From Candidatus Limnocylindrales bacterium (GTDB lineage Bacteria; Chloroflexota; Limnocylindria; Limnocylindrales; CSP1-4): a stretch of 57,435 nt of DNA. Positions 1-8,932 of this stretch are shown piece by piece; position 1 is the first letter of the stretch, and each line of letters begins with the position of its first letter. Made by a program: the position numbers and the translations under genes. The stretch is from positions 1-57,435 of the forward strand of contig JBBQLI010000004.1 in NCBI GenBank assembly GCA_038327765.1. The letters run 5' to 3'. Below the pieces are notes generated by a model. That model searched no databases. It saw only the letters and a list, made by a program, of their open reading frames with translations, and had not been told where the DNA came from.

Positions 1-597
1 GTAGGCCTCGAACCCGACGGTCGCGCGCCGGATGAAGGCGTCGTTGGCGAGGCCCGCGTGGATGATCTCGCGGCCGATCGCGTTGGCGAGCGTGATGTCA
101 CTGCCGACATCGAGGCCGAGCCAGGCGTCGGCCCACGCCGCGCTGCTCGTTCGCCGGGGGTCCACGACGACCAGCGTGGCGCCCTTGTTGACCGCCTTCA
201 GGACGTGGTGGAAGAAGATCGGATGCGTCTCGCGGGCGTTGCTGCCCCACAGGACGATCAGGTCCGTTTCTTCGATCTCACGGTATGAGGATGTGCCGCC
301 CCCGGCACCGAACACTGTCGCCAGACCGGCGACGCTTGGGGCGTGTCAGGTCCGGTTGCAGCTATCGATGTTGTTGCTGCCCAGGATCGTCCGGCTGAAC
401 TTCTGTGCCGCGAAGTTGACCTCGTTGGTCGCCTTCGAGCAGCTGAAGGTGCCGAAGGTCGTCGGGCCATGGGCCGCCTTCGCGGCTCGGAACCCTTCGA
501 CGGTCCGGTCGAGCGCCTCGTCCCATGTCGCGGGTCGGAGCTCGCCCTTCGTGTCTCGCACGAGTGGCTGGGTCAGTCGCACGTAGGGCTTTGCCAC
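1..597 (-). CDS. fdhF: Selenocysteine-containing formate dehydrogenase alpha subunit (molybdopterin oxidoreductase), 3'-truncated by window edge
   Basis: GTG start at 597 with AGGAGG RBS. The frame reads ...SNNIDSCNRT-TGA(346-348)-HAPSVAGLATVFGAGGGTSSYREIEETDLIVLWGSNARETHP... and stays open to base 1, matching the FdhF catalytic motif (CAR-U/C-HxPSVAGL). SECIS follows and sel genes are nearby. Confidence 0.93.
300..348 (-). promoter_or_regulatory. Bacterial SECIS element
   Basis: Minus strand UGA CAC GCC CCA AGC GUCGCC-GGUCU-GGCGAC: a perfect 6-bp apical stem (317-333) starting 12 nt after the UGA, very like the E. coli fdhF SECIS. Confidence 0.88.
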
Positions 598-690
598 GAG
601 GTGGCCTCCTGAAGGGCGGTTGACCGGGCGAGTGTACCGCGCGGTCCGACGGATCCGGTGGGCGGTTGCGCTCGTACGTATGCTCGGCGC

Positions 691-882
691 ATGAGCAACA
701 AGTTCGACGTTCCCGGCAAGCTCCCGGCCCTGGCCGCCCGCCAGGAAGAGGAACAGGCTCGCCGGCGCAGCGATGCCGAGTTCCGGGCCTCGGCGCAGGG
801 TGGCGAGGCTGATGCGGAGCCCGCCGTCGACCCGGTCGCGCGGTTCCTGGCCGCGATCCGTCGAGCGATCCGCCGAGGCTGA
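691..882 (+). CDS. Small hypothetical protein (63 aa), probably leaderless
   Basis: ATG at 691 lies 6 nt after a TATGCT -10 box; typical codon usage; fills the gap between divergent and convergent neighbours. Confidence 0.6.
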   Translation: MSNKFDVPGKLPALAARQEEEQARRRSDAEFRASAQGGEADAEPAVDPVARFLAAIRRAIRRG

Positions 883-905
883 CCGGCGGATCGCGCTCGC
901 CGGTC
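881..905. terminator. GC-rich hairpin between convergent genes
   Basis: GACCGGCG-N9-CGCCGGTC inverted repeat; no U-tract. Confidence 0.4.
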
Positions 906-907
906 CG

Positions 908-1549
908 TTATGCGGCGGGCGCCTCGGAGCGGCCCATGCGCATGACGAAGCGGAGGAAGAGCCCCGCCGCAGTCAGGGCGAACAGCACCAGGCTGATGAT
1001 CAGGATCGGCCAGGCCAACCCGTTGACCACGACCGGATCACCGCTGGTCGCACTGAGCGCAGCCGGCACCCCACCGAGACCGAACTGACCCAGCCAGTCC
1101 ACCTGGTCGGCGGCTTCGAGCCCGTAGACCTGCGGGACGATGTACAGGACCGAGGCGATCACCAGCAGGACGCTGACCAGTGAGAACGCACGCGGATCGT
1201 CGTCGGCATCCCGCACCAGCTTCACGACGAGTGCCCAGAACAGGACGACCACCGCGAGCGGTCCGGTGAGGGGCAGACCGAGGCCGATATACAGGTTCGG
1301 CATCAGCATGATCACGCTCATCGCCAGGACGATCCCCAGCAGCGCATCGCGCATCAGGACGTAGCTGAGCCACCACACGTCGCCGCCGAAGCGGAGCGTC
1401 AGCGACTGGAGGAAGCGGATCACGTAGGGTCGCGCGAAGTGCATGATCATCGCGAAGGACCACAGGATCGGCAGGATCGCGGACACGGAGAGGACCAGCC
1501 AGCCGGCCCCGCCCGTCGTCAGTGCGGTGGCGAGTTCGTCGGCACTCAT
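908..1549 (-). CDS. Uncharacterised polytopic membrane protein (paralogue B)
   Basis: MSADELATAL...; about 5-6 hydrophobic segments; ATG overlaps the upstream stop (ATGA) with an AGGAG RBS; paralogous to 1546-2172. Confidence 0.85.
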   Translation of the reverse strand: MSADELATALTTGGAGWLVLSVSAILPILWSFAMIMHFARPYVIRFLQSLTLRFGGDVWWLSYVLMRDALLGIVLAMSVIMLMPNLYIGLGLPLTGPLAVVVLFWALVVKLVRDADDDPRAFSLVSVLLVIASVLYIVPQVYGLEAADQVDWLGQFGLGGVPAALSATSGDPVVVNGLAWPILIISLVLFALTAAGLFLRFVMRMGRSEAPAA

Positions 1550-2172
1550 CGGGTCTCCTTCTTGCTGAGGTCGAGGCGGGCCTTGCCCGATGCCTGGCGC
1601 AGGTTGTAGCCGACGGCGATCGCGGCGAGCACGCCGACCAGGACCGCAGACAGGTAGCAGAACGCAAGCGCCCAGTCGGGGTTCTGCGAGCTGACCAGCG
1701 TCGCGGCCAGCTGGTTGGTGACGTCGTTGCCGATCTGGGTCACCTGGACCCCGAGGAAGTACGGGACGATGTAGAGCGTCGCTCCAAGCGCGAGCAGGCC
1801 GACCTGGGCGCGGAACCAGCGCAGGTCGCTGTCGCCCTTGACGAGCTTGATGACCAGGACCGCGAACGCGCAGACCGCGGCCAGACCGCCAGTGACGGGC
1901 AGCTCCTTGCCGGTCACCACATCCGGGTAGAAGAAGATGAAGCTGCCCAGGAAGATCTGGACCACGAACAGGTCGCGCAGGGCGATGTAGATGATCCACC
2001 ACAGGTCCGCGCCGAGTCGGAGCGAGAACTTGTGGACGTTGCCGGCCATGTAGGGGCGGGCCATGAAGAGGCCGAGCGCCAGCAACCAGAGCACGACGAG
2101 CGCCGCGCCGATGGTGCCTTCGATGAAGCCTTCGCCGGCATCGAACAGCCCGGATACCTGGTCGGGGGTCAT
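1546..2172 (-). CDS. Uncharacterised polytopic membrane protein (paralogue A)
   Basis: MTPDQVSGLF...; AGGAGG RBS; ATGA overlap with the upstream oxidoreductase; shares ARPY, LR.G.D.WW..Y...RD, LP.TG, KLV and LYIVP motifs with 908-1549. Confidence 0.85.
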   Translation of the reverse strand: MTPDQVSGLFDAGEGFIEGTIGAALVVLWLLALGLFMARPYMAGNVHKFSLRLGADLWWIIYIALRDLFVVQIFLGSFIFFYPDVVTGKELPVTGGLAAVCAFAVLVIKLVKGDSDLRWFRAQVGLLALGATLYIVPYFLGVQVTQIGNDVTNQLAATLVSSQNPDWALAFCYLSAVLVGVLAAIAVGYNLRQASGKARLDLSKKETR

Positions 2173-4124
2173 CGGGGTCCTCCTGCTGTGGGTGTCGTGG
2201 ATAGGGCGGGCCGGCCGGGTCCGTCGGCGGGTCCGCGTCCGGCCACCACGGTGACCGTGGCGCACCCGTCGACGGCATCGCAACGGAAGCAGCGGGCCGC
2301 CTCGGCGAGGGCGGTCGGTTCATCGAACCCGGCCTGATTAGCACGGAACGAGCCTGGTTCGAAGATGGGCAGTGGCTGGCGTCCGCGCGGACGCGGGGCG
2401 AGGTCGAGCCGGAGGCTCGTTTCGACCGCGGTGGGGTAGCGGACTGTGGCGAGGATCTCGGCCTCGCCGTCCTTCGCGCCAGCGAGGTACTCGTGGATGG
2501 CACCGGCCGCCCGTCGGCCCGAGGCGACGGCATCGATGATCGTCTTGGGGCCGGAGACCACGTCGCCACCGGCGAAGACGCCGGCATGGCCCGTGGAGAG
2601 CGTCCGTGGGTCCGCGACGATCCCGGCGAAGGCACTGACCTCGATGCCGGCCCCCTCCGGCAGGATCGATGGATCGGGCTCTTCGCCGACCGCCACCAGG
2701 ATCGTGGTGGCGGGGATGGTCGCGTCGCTCCCCGGTACGGGCGCCCAGATCGCGCGGCCGCCTTCGATGGCGCCGGTCGGCGCCTGTTCGCTGATCCGCA
2801 TCCCGGTGATGGTGCCGTCGGTCCCGAGGACCTCGGTCACGACCGTGCCGATGCGGAGCTGGACGCCTTCAGCTCGGGCGGCGTGGACCTCCTCGGCCTG
2901 GGCCGGCATGTCGGCGGCCCCGCGTCGATAGAGGACCGTGACTGAGTCGGCGCCGCTGCGGAGCGCCGAGCGGGCGGCGTCCATGGCGGTGCTGCCGCCG
3001 CCGACGACCACGACCGGGCCCGCAAGCCGCGGTCGCTCGCCAAGGTTGACCTGTTTGAGGAAGAGCGTGGCCGGGACCACGCCGCGGAGCTGGTCGCCCG
3101 GGACACCGAGACGTCGGCTCTTCGGGGCGCCGGTGGCGAGGAAGATCGCCGCGTAGCCCTCTTGCTCCAGGCCGCTCAGTGTGAAGTCGCGGCCCATCAC
3201 GGCATCCAGGCGCAGGTCGACGCCCAGGTCCACGATCCGGTCGATCTCGGCACGCAGCGCCTCGCGTGGCAGCCGGTACTCGGGGATCCCGATGGCCATC
3301 ATCCCGCCCGGGATGGGCATCGCCTCATAGACCGTCACGCCATACCCGAGTCGGATCAGGTAGTAGGCGGCGGACATCCCGGCCGGGCCGCCACCCACGA
3401 TCGCCACGCGCTCGGAACGGCGGGTGGTGGGCGGCGCGACCGGCGGCAGTGTTCCGTGTTCGACGGCGAACCGCTTCAGGGTGCGGATGGCGATCGGCTC
3501 ATCGAGGATGCCGCGGCGGCAGGCGGATTCGCACGGTGCGGTACAGATCCAGCCGCAGACCGAGGGGAAGGGATTGACCTCGGCGGCCACGGCATAGGCG
3601 TCGTCGTAGCGGCCCTGTGCCACCAGCCCGACATACCGGCCCGCGTCCGTCCCGGCGGGACAGGCGCCCTGGCAGGGTGCCGCGGGAGCGAGCGTGTCAC
3701 CGAGCGGGGACGACTCGATCTGCCACGGCTGAAGCGGGCGGTGGGTCATCCAGCCGTCGGTCTCGAACGGCGAGACGCGCGTGGGCTTGAGGGCCTCGCG
3801 GGTGATCGACGACCACGGGATCCAGCCGCTGGTGGGTTCCGGGCGGGAGATCGGACCCTGGCGCGGTGCCAGCGGCGTCGCGCCATCCACGACCACAAGG
3901 TCGATGACCGAGACCGGGCATTCGCCGACGCACACCGAACAGCCGATGCACTCGCCCACCTGGATGGGGTGCTCCATCGTCCACGGCAGCGCGACGCCGC
4001 CCGGACCGGCTTCGATGCCTGGGCTCGTCGGGCGGGTCATGTCGAGCGCCTGCACCGGGCAGACGTCCATGCAGATGCCGCAGTTGATGCAATCGCTGTG
4101 GTCGATATCGATCCGGTAGCCCAT
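2169..4124 (-). CDS. Fe-S flavoprotein: N-terminal 2x[4Fe-4S] ferredoxin fused to a GltD/NfnB/DsrL-like FAD/NAD(P)H oxidoreductase
   Basis: CINCGICMDVCP and CIGCSVCVGECP; PCQGACP, CGWICTAPCESAC; GGGPAG FAD motif; GIPEYRLP; GGGSTAMD...YRR; GVFAGGD; C-terminal EAARCFRCD. Confidence 0.9.
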   Translation of the reverse strand: MGYRIDIDHSDCINCGICMDVCPVQALDMTRPTSPGIEAGPGGVALPWTMEHPIQVGECIGCSVCVGECPVSVIDLVVVDGATPLAPRQGPISRPEPTSGWIPWSSITREALKPTRVSPFETDGWMTHRPLQPWQIESSPLGDTLAPAAPCQGACPAGTDAGRYVGLVAQGRYDDAYAVAAEVNPFPSVCGWICTAPCESACRRGILDEPIAIRTLKRFAVEHGTLPPVAPPTTRRSERVAIVGGGPAGMSAAYYLIRLGYGVTVYEAMPIPGGMMAIGIPEYRLPREALRAEIDRIVDLGVDLRLDAVMGRDFTLSGLEQEGYAAIFLATGAPKSRRLGVPGDQLRGVVPATLFLKQVNLGERPRLAGPVVVVGGGSTAMDAARSALRSGADSVTVLYRRGAADMPAQAEEVHAARAEGVQLRIGTVVTEVLGTDGTITGMRISEQAPTGAIEGGRAIWAPVPGSDATIPATTILVAVGEEPDPSILPEGAGIEVSAFAGIVADPRTLSTGHAGVFAGGDVVSGPKTIIDAVASGRRAAGAIHEYLAGAKDGEAEILATVRYPTAVETSLRLDLAPRPRGRQPLPIFEPGSFRANQAGFDEPTALAEAARCFRCDAVDGCATVTVVAGRGPADGPGRPALSTTPTAGGPR

Positions 4125-4228
4125 CGCTGACTCCGCTAGGGACGCGTCTCCCGCAGCGTGCGATGGATGGGCCATCCGCGACCCATGCCGGCGAGTGGGA
4201 AGGGCTCCCCTCGGATCGGGTAGGTGGT

Positions 4229-4260
4229 CCCTGCCGTGTGGCCCGGGCCAGATGGCAGGG
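4229..4260 (-). terminator. Hairpin directly after the response regulator stop
   Basis: CCCTGCCGTGTGGCCC/GGGCCAGATGGCAGGG near-perfect inverted repeat. Confidence 0.4.
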
Positions 4261-4938
4261 TCAGCCGGATCGGTCACCGAGCGGCGGCACAAGACCTTCG
4301 CCGACGGCCCGCGCCGCCAGTTCCGCGCGACTGCTCGCGTGGAGCTTCTCGAGGATGTTGCGCAGGTGGAACTTCACGGTGTTCTCGCTGATCCCGAGTT
4401 CGCTGGCGATCTCCTTGTTGCGCTGCCCGCGGGTCACGCACCCCAGGACATCGAGTTCGCGCTCGGTCAGCCGGTCGGGATCCACCGGGCGGCGCGTGAT
4501 CTCCGGTGCGGCGACGAGGCGCTCGCGGCGCAGGAACTCGCTGATGATCCGCGCCGCGGTGGCCGGTGTGATGGCCGCCTCGCCACGTCCCACCGCCTCC
4601 AGCATGGAGCGCAGCTGGGCGGCCTCCAGGTTCTTGAGCAGGTAGCCCTGGGCGCCCGATTTGATCGCCTCGAACAGGTCGTCCTCGTCCTCCGAGACGG
4701 TCAGGATGACGATCGCGGTGGCAGGGCGGGCCGCCTTGATCCGGGCCGTGGCGGCAAGACCGGAGCCACCCGGCATCCGGACGTCCATCAGGACAAGGTC
4801 CGGCTCGACGATGGCAGCGAGCCTCACGGCTTCCTCCTCGCTGCCGGCCAGCCCCACGACCTCGTGCCCCCACGCGCCGACCAGCGACGCGACGCCGTCG
4901 CGCACGAGCGTGTGGTCGTCGGCGATCAGGATCCTCAT
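4261..4938 (-). CDS. NarL/LuxR-family response regulator
   Basis: [24 protein letters not shown] receiver domain; LTERELDVL...[27 protein letters not shown]. Confidence 0.95.
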   Translation of the reverse strand: MRILIADDHTLVRDGVASLVGAWGHEVVGLAGSEEEAVRLAAIVEPDLVLMDVRMPGGSGLAATARIKAARPATAIVILTVSEDEDDLFEAIKSGAQGYLLKNLEAAQLRSMLEAVGRGEAAITPATAARIISEFLRRERLVAAPEITRRPVDPDRLTERELDVLGCVTRGQRNKEIASELGISENTVKFHLRNILEKLHASSRAELAARAVGEGLVPPLGDRSG

Positions 4939-6266
4939 CGGGAGCCGCCGCCGCCCGCCGTCACGTGGACGGGCGGATGGATCGGGACGCGCAGCTCGAT
5001 CGTCGTGCCCATGCCCGGCGCACTCGTCCACGTGATCCGCGCATCGATGGCGGCGGCGCGCCGGCGCATCGCGGTCAGCCCGTAGTGCGGCCAGTCGCTG
5101 GGACCGTCATCGGCGTGGTCAGCGTCGAAACCGCGACCGTCGTCCGTGACGGACACGACGAGCCGATCGTCCTGACGACCGAGGACCACGGACACCCGCT
5201 GCGCAGCGGCGTGCTTGCGGACATTGGTCAGCGCCTCACGGACGATGCCAAAGATCTCATCGCGGACGGGGGATGCGATCGTCCCCGTGTCGAGATCCGG
5301 CTCGATGCGGAGGGCCAGGGCCACCTTGGATGCATCGGCAAAGCGAGTCGCGTAATCGCGGATCTCCGCCCCAAGCTCCACCTCGTCGCCGACCGGCTCG
5401 GTCAGTCCCTGGATCGCCTGGCGAACGTCGACGTAGATGGATCGCGCCGCCTTCCCGAGCTCGGCCATCTGGGTCCGGGCCTCCGCTGTCCGCCCGGCCT
5501 CGAGCAGACCCTCGACGGCCTGCGACTTCGTGTTGACGTAGCCAAGGACCTGGGCCAGCCCGTCGTGGATCTCGCGTGCGATGCGTTCGCGTTCATGGCG
5601 GATGGCGAGCTGCCGAAGTTCGGCTGCCAGCCGGTCGTTCTCGATGGCGATGGCGGCCTGGTTCGCCAGCGACGAGAGGGTCTCGAGGTCGACGACTCCG
5701 TGACCCGGCGTCGCTCGACCGGCCACGGCCAGGGTCCCGATCGTCGCGCCGCCCCGACGAAGTGGCGCGGCCAGCACGGACGGCGGCGGCTCCCCGCGGA
5801 GGAACCGGGCAGGATCGGCTCGTCCGGACCCTCCGGTGCGATCGAAACCGTCCTCGGGGCCGCTGGTCGAGCGAAGCCGCGCGCGCCCGTCGGAGCCGTT
5901 GAGCACGAGCAGACCGAGATCGGCGTGGAGGAGCGAACGTGCGCTGTCCACGGTGACCTGCAGGATCGCATCGAGGTCGGCCAGCGACGCGATGGCAAGC
6001 GAGACTGCGTGGAGCGCCCGGGCCGTCGCGGCGGCCCCCTCCACCTCCGTGTTCCGGACCTCGAGCGAGGCAGTCAGGCGATCCATCCGATCGAACGTGC
6101 GCCCGGCGAAGGCGGCCGCCAGGGCGGCAACGACCAGCGTCACGAGGATCGTGTCCCAGGGGAATGGCAGATACGGATCGAGGACCGTGTCGCTGAGCAG
6201 CTCGAGCGAGCCCACGAGGGCGGCCGGCGCTCCGACCGCCAGCCAGCGCCACTGTCGCGAGATCAC
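4935..6266 (-). CDS. Sensor histidine kinase (2 TM, GAF, HisKA_3, HATPase)
   Basis: [16 protein letters not shown]-box, [11 protein letters not shown]-box, DDGRGFD, YGL; GAF-like segment ending [11 protein letters not shown]; GTG start with RBS. Confidence 0.93.
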   Translation of the reverse strand: MISRQWRWLAVGAPAALVGSLELLSDTVLDPYLPFPWDTILVTLVVAALAAAFAGRTFDRMDRLTASLEVRNTEVEGAAATARALHAVSLAIASLADLDAILQVTVDSARSLLHADLGLLVLNGSDGRARLRSTSGPEDGFDRTGGSGRADPARFLRGEPPPSVLAAPLRRGGATIGTLAVAGRATPGHGVVDLETLSSLANQAAIAIENDRLAAELRQLAIRHERERIAREIHDGLAQVLGYVNTKSQAVEGLLEAGRTAEARTQMAELGKAARSIYVDVRQAIQGLTEPVGDEVELGAEIRDYATRFADASKVALALRIEPDLDTGTIASPVRDEIFGIVREALTNVRKHAAAQRVSVVLGRQDDRLVVSVTDDGRGFDADHADDGPSDWPHYGLTAMRRRAAAIDARITWTSAPGMGTTIELRVPIHPPVHVTAGGGGSR

Positions 6267-6284
6267 TCGGCCTTCTCCTGCACG

Positions 6285-7364
6285 CTATCCGTCCAGGCGG
6301 ATGCCCGGACCCTCCCCGCCGCTCGGTTCGATGTGGCCGATCCACCAGGAATCCACGCCGACAGTCGAGAGGGCCGCGCTGACCGCGCCCGCACGCTCGG
6401 GTGGGATCGCGGCAAGCAATCCTCCGCTGGTCTGCGGATCGTGGGCAAGGACGACACGTTCCGGTGCGATCCCGTCGGCCACGGTCAGCGCCGGCGCCAC
6501 GTACCGCCGGTTGTGGGCGGCCCCGCCGGTCTCGACCCCGGCACGGGCCATCTCCAGCGCGCCGTCCAGCGCCGGCAGCGCCGCGGCATCGAACACGAAC
6601 CGTGTCCCGGAGCCGCGTGCCATCTCGAGACCGTGACCCAGCAGACCGAAACCGGTGACGTCCGTGGCGGCCACGATCCCCTCGCGCACGAGGACCTCCG
6701 ACGCGACGCGGTTCAGCTGGCGCATCTGGTCGATGGCGGCATCCAGGTGGGCGACTCGGGTCCTGCCCTGGCGCGAGCCGGAGACCAGGACGCCTGTCCC
6801 CAGGCGCTTGGTGAGCAGCAGCCGGTCGCCGGGCCGGGCGCCGCCTTTGCGCAGCAGTCTGTCCGGGTGGGCGGCGCCGACCACCGCCAGCCCGTACTTG
6901 GGCTCCGGGTCGCGGATGGTGTGGCCGCCAGCGAGGGTGCCGCCGGCTTCCCGGACCTTCGCGGACGCGCCCGCGAAGATCGCCGCCAGCACGTCGCGGG
7001 GGAGATCCTCGGGGAAGGCCGCAATGGAGAGCGCGAACAGGACTCGACCGCCCATCGCGAACACATCGCTGAGGGCATTGGCCGCCGCGATCTCCCCGAA
7101 GGTGCGCGGATCGTCGACGAGCGGTGGGAAGAAATCGAGCGTGCCGATGATGGCAAGGTCGTCCGAGATGCGATACACGGCGGCATCGTCGGGCGGGTTC
7201 AGACCCGCGATCAGCGACCTATCCGGGTCGGCCGCCGCCTCGGCGCCAAGGCCGCTCAGCGCATCGGCAAGGAGGTCCGCGCCGAGTTTCGCCGCACAGC
7301 CGCCGCAGTCCGTCAGGTCGGTGAGGCGGAGCGGGTTCGGCGCCGGGGCCTCGCGCGTCGTCAT
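6285..7364 (-). CDS. selD: Selenide, water dikinase (Cys form)
   Basis: DCGGCAAKL, DDAAVY, DFFPPLVDDP, AAANALSDVFAMGG, GGHT, TDVTGFGLLGH, DPQTSGGLL. Confidence 0.96.
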   Translation of the reverse strand: MTTREAPAPNPLRLTDLTDCGGCAAKLGADLLADALSGLGAEAAADPDRSLIAGLNPPDDAAVYRISDDLAIIGTLDFFPPLVDDPRTFGEIAAANALSDVFAMGGRVLFALSIAAFPEDLPRDVLAAIFAGASAKVREAGGTLAGGHTIRDPEPKYGLAVVGAAHPDRLLRKGGARPGDRLLLTKRLGTGVLVSGSRQGRTRVAHLDAAIDQMRQLNRVASEVLVREGIVAATDVTGFGLLGHGLEMARGSGTRFVFDAAALPALDGALEMARAGVETGGAAHNRRYVAPALTVADGIAPERVVLAHDPQTSGGLLAAIPPERAGAVSAALSTVGVDSWWIGHIEPSGGEGPGIRLDG

Positions 7365-7451
7365 CCGCAGATGATACGAGCCCGCTCGCCTGCGGCTGCT
7401 CGAATGGAGCCTGCGCGGTCGGCGGCACGACGGCCGCGCTACCATCGGCTC

Positions 7452-7548
7452 GGGAGCGGACGGGTCCCGGTGGATCCCCTGGTCTTCAACACCAGTGGCG
7501 CGGCGCTCAGCGCGGCGCGGTGGGTTCGACTCCCACGCGTTCCCGCCA
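7452..7548 (+). tRNA. selC: tRNA-Sec (anticodon UCA)
   Basis: 6-bp D stem GGGTCC/GGATCC with CGGT loop; CTGGT-CTTCAAC-ACCAG anticodon arm; long variable arm; GTGGG-TTCGACT-CCCAC T arm; 3' GCCA; lies directly upstream of selA. Confidence 0.95.
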
Positions 7549-7558
7549 CGGAGGACCG

Positions 7559-8932
7559 ATGTCGTCGAAGCCGAGCGACCGCCCGCGACCCCCGAGCGTT
7601 GATCGCGTGCTCGCGCTCGTCCGCCCCGCGGCCGGCGAACCCGAGATCGACGGCGCCGCCCTGACTGCCGTGGTTCGCACCGTCGTGGAGGACGAACGCG
7701 CTCGCCTGGGAGACGGCGCGGCACCGCGGGCGATCGATGCGCTCGCCGATGCCGCCCGCGCCCGACTCGGGACGTTCGCCCACGCCGGGGTCGAGCCGGT
7801 GATCAACGCGACCGGTGTCATCGTCCATACGAACCTGGGTCGCGCACCGTGGCCGGCCGAGGTCGCCCGTGATGTCGCCGCTCTCGCGGCCGACTACCTG
7901 CTGCTCGAACTGGACCGCGCCACCGGTCGTCGCGGTGCCCGGCTGCGCACCGCGGAAGACCACCTGATCGCGCTGACCGGTGCCGAGGACGCTCTCGTCA
8001 CGAACAACAACGCGGCGGCCCTCGCGCTCGCCGTCGGGCTGGTGGGGCGAGGCGGGATCGTGGTCTCGCGCGGCGAGCTCGTGGAGATCGGTGGCGGCGT
8101 GCGCATCCCGGAGATCGTCCGGCGCGCCGGCGCGCGGCTCATCGAGGTCGGCACCACCAACCGCACGCGCGCCGCGGATTTCGAGGCGCCGCTCGCCGAG
8201 GGTCGGGCGACGGCGGTCCTGCGGGTGCATCCGTCGAACTTCACGATGGCCGGCTTCACGGAGACACCGGATCCGGCTGAGGTCGCTGCCATCGCCCATC
8301 GGCACGGGGCGATCGTCATCGACGACCTGGGCTCGGGCGCATTGCTCGATACCGCGCGGTTCGGGCTGGCACACGAGCCACTCCCCGGCGAACGCCTCAT
8401 GGCCGGCTCGGACGTCGTCACGTTCAGTGGCGACAAGCTGGTCGGTGGGCCGCAGGCCGGGCTGATCGTCGGGCGCGCCGATCTGATCGCGCGGATGCGC
8501 ACGGACCCGCTGGCTCGCGCCATGCGACCCGACAAGCTCACGATGGCCGGTGTGGCGCTCACGCTCGGGCTGTATCGCGCGGGGCGTGCCACAGAGCAGA
8601 TCCCGGTCTGGCGGATGATCGCCGCGAGCGAGGCGTCGCTCCAGGCGCGCGCGGAGATCGTCGCCGGTCGACTCGGCGAGCGGGCCGCCGCTGTCCGTTG
8701 TGCTTCCGCGGTCGGTGGCGGCTCCCTCCCCGGTGAGAGCCTGCCGTCGTGGGGCGTCGCCCTGATGAGCAGGTCCGCGAACCGGCTGCTCGCGGCACTC
8801 CGCGGCGGGACGCCGGTGGTCATCGGGCACGTCGTTGACGATCGGGTCGTGCTGGATCTGCGGACGGTCGAGCCCGCACGTGACCAGGTCCTGGCCGCGG
8901 CCGTCGTACGGGCGCTCGCCGGGGCCGCATGA
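7559..8932 (+). CDS. selA: L-seryl-tRNA(Sec) selenium transferase
   Basis: [60 protein letters not shown] (PLP Lys); GGAGG RBS. Confidence 0.97.
   Translation: MSSKPSDRPRPPSVDRVLALVRPAAGEPEIDGAALTAVVRTVVEDERARLGDGAAPRAIDALADAARARLGTFAHAGVEPVINATGVIVHTNLGRAPWPAEVARDVAALAADYLLLELDRATGRRGARLRTAEDHLIALTGAEDALVTNNNAAALALAVGLVGRGGIVVSRGELVEIGGGVRIPEIVRRAGARLIEVGTTNRTRAADFEAPLAEGRATAVLRVHPSNFTMAGFTETPDPAEVAAIAHRHGAIVIDDLGSGALLDTARFGLAHEPLPGERLMAGSDVVTFSGDKLVGGPQAGLIVGRADLIARMRTDPLARAMRPDKLTMAGVALTLGLYRAGRATEQIPVWRMIAASEASLQARAEIVAGRLGERAAAVRCASAVGGGSLPGESLPSWGVALMSRSANRLLAALRGGTPVVIGHVVDDRVVLDLRTVEPARDQVLAAAVVRALAGAA

Noticed and set aside
346-597. FDH pseudogene with a premature stop
   Set aside because: The TGA is at the catalytic Sec position, is followed by a SECIS and an open conserved frame, and selABCD are adjacent.
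6285-7364. SelD as a second selenoprotein
   Set aside because: The active-site motif is CGGCAAK with Cys codons and there is no in-frame UGA. I found no other convincing UGA+SECIS in the window.
4965-7664. 899-aa plus-strand ORF and similar long ORFs (7894-10098, 33145-35379, 36269-38368, 39885-42077, 53666-55588)
   Set aside because: Antisense shadows of well-supported genes, expected in high-GC DNA; no recognisable motifs.
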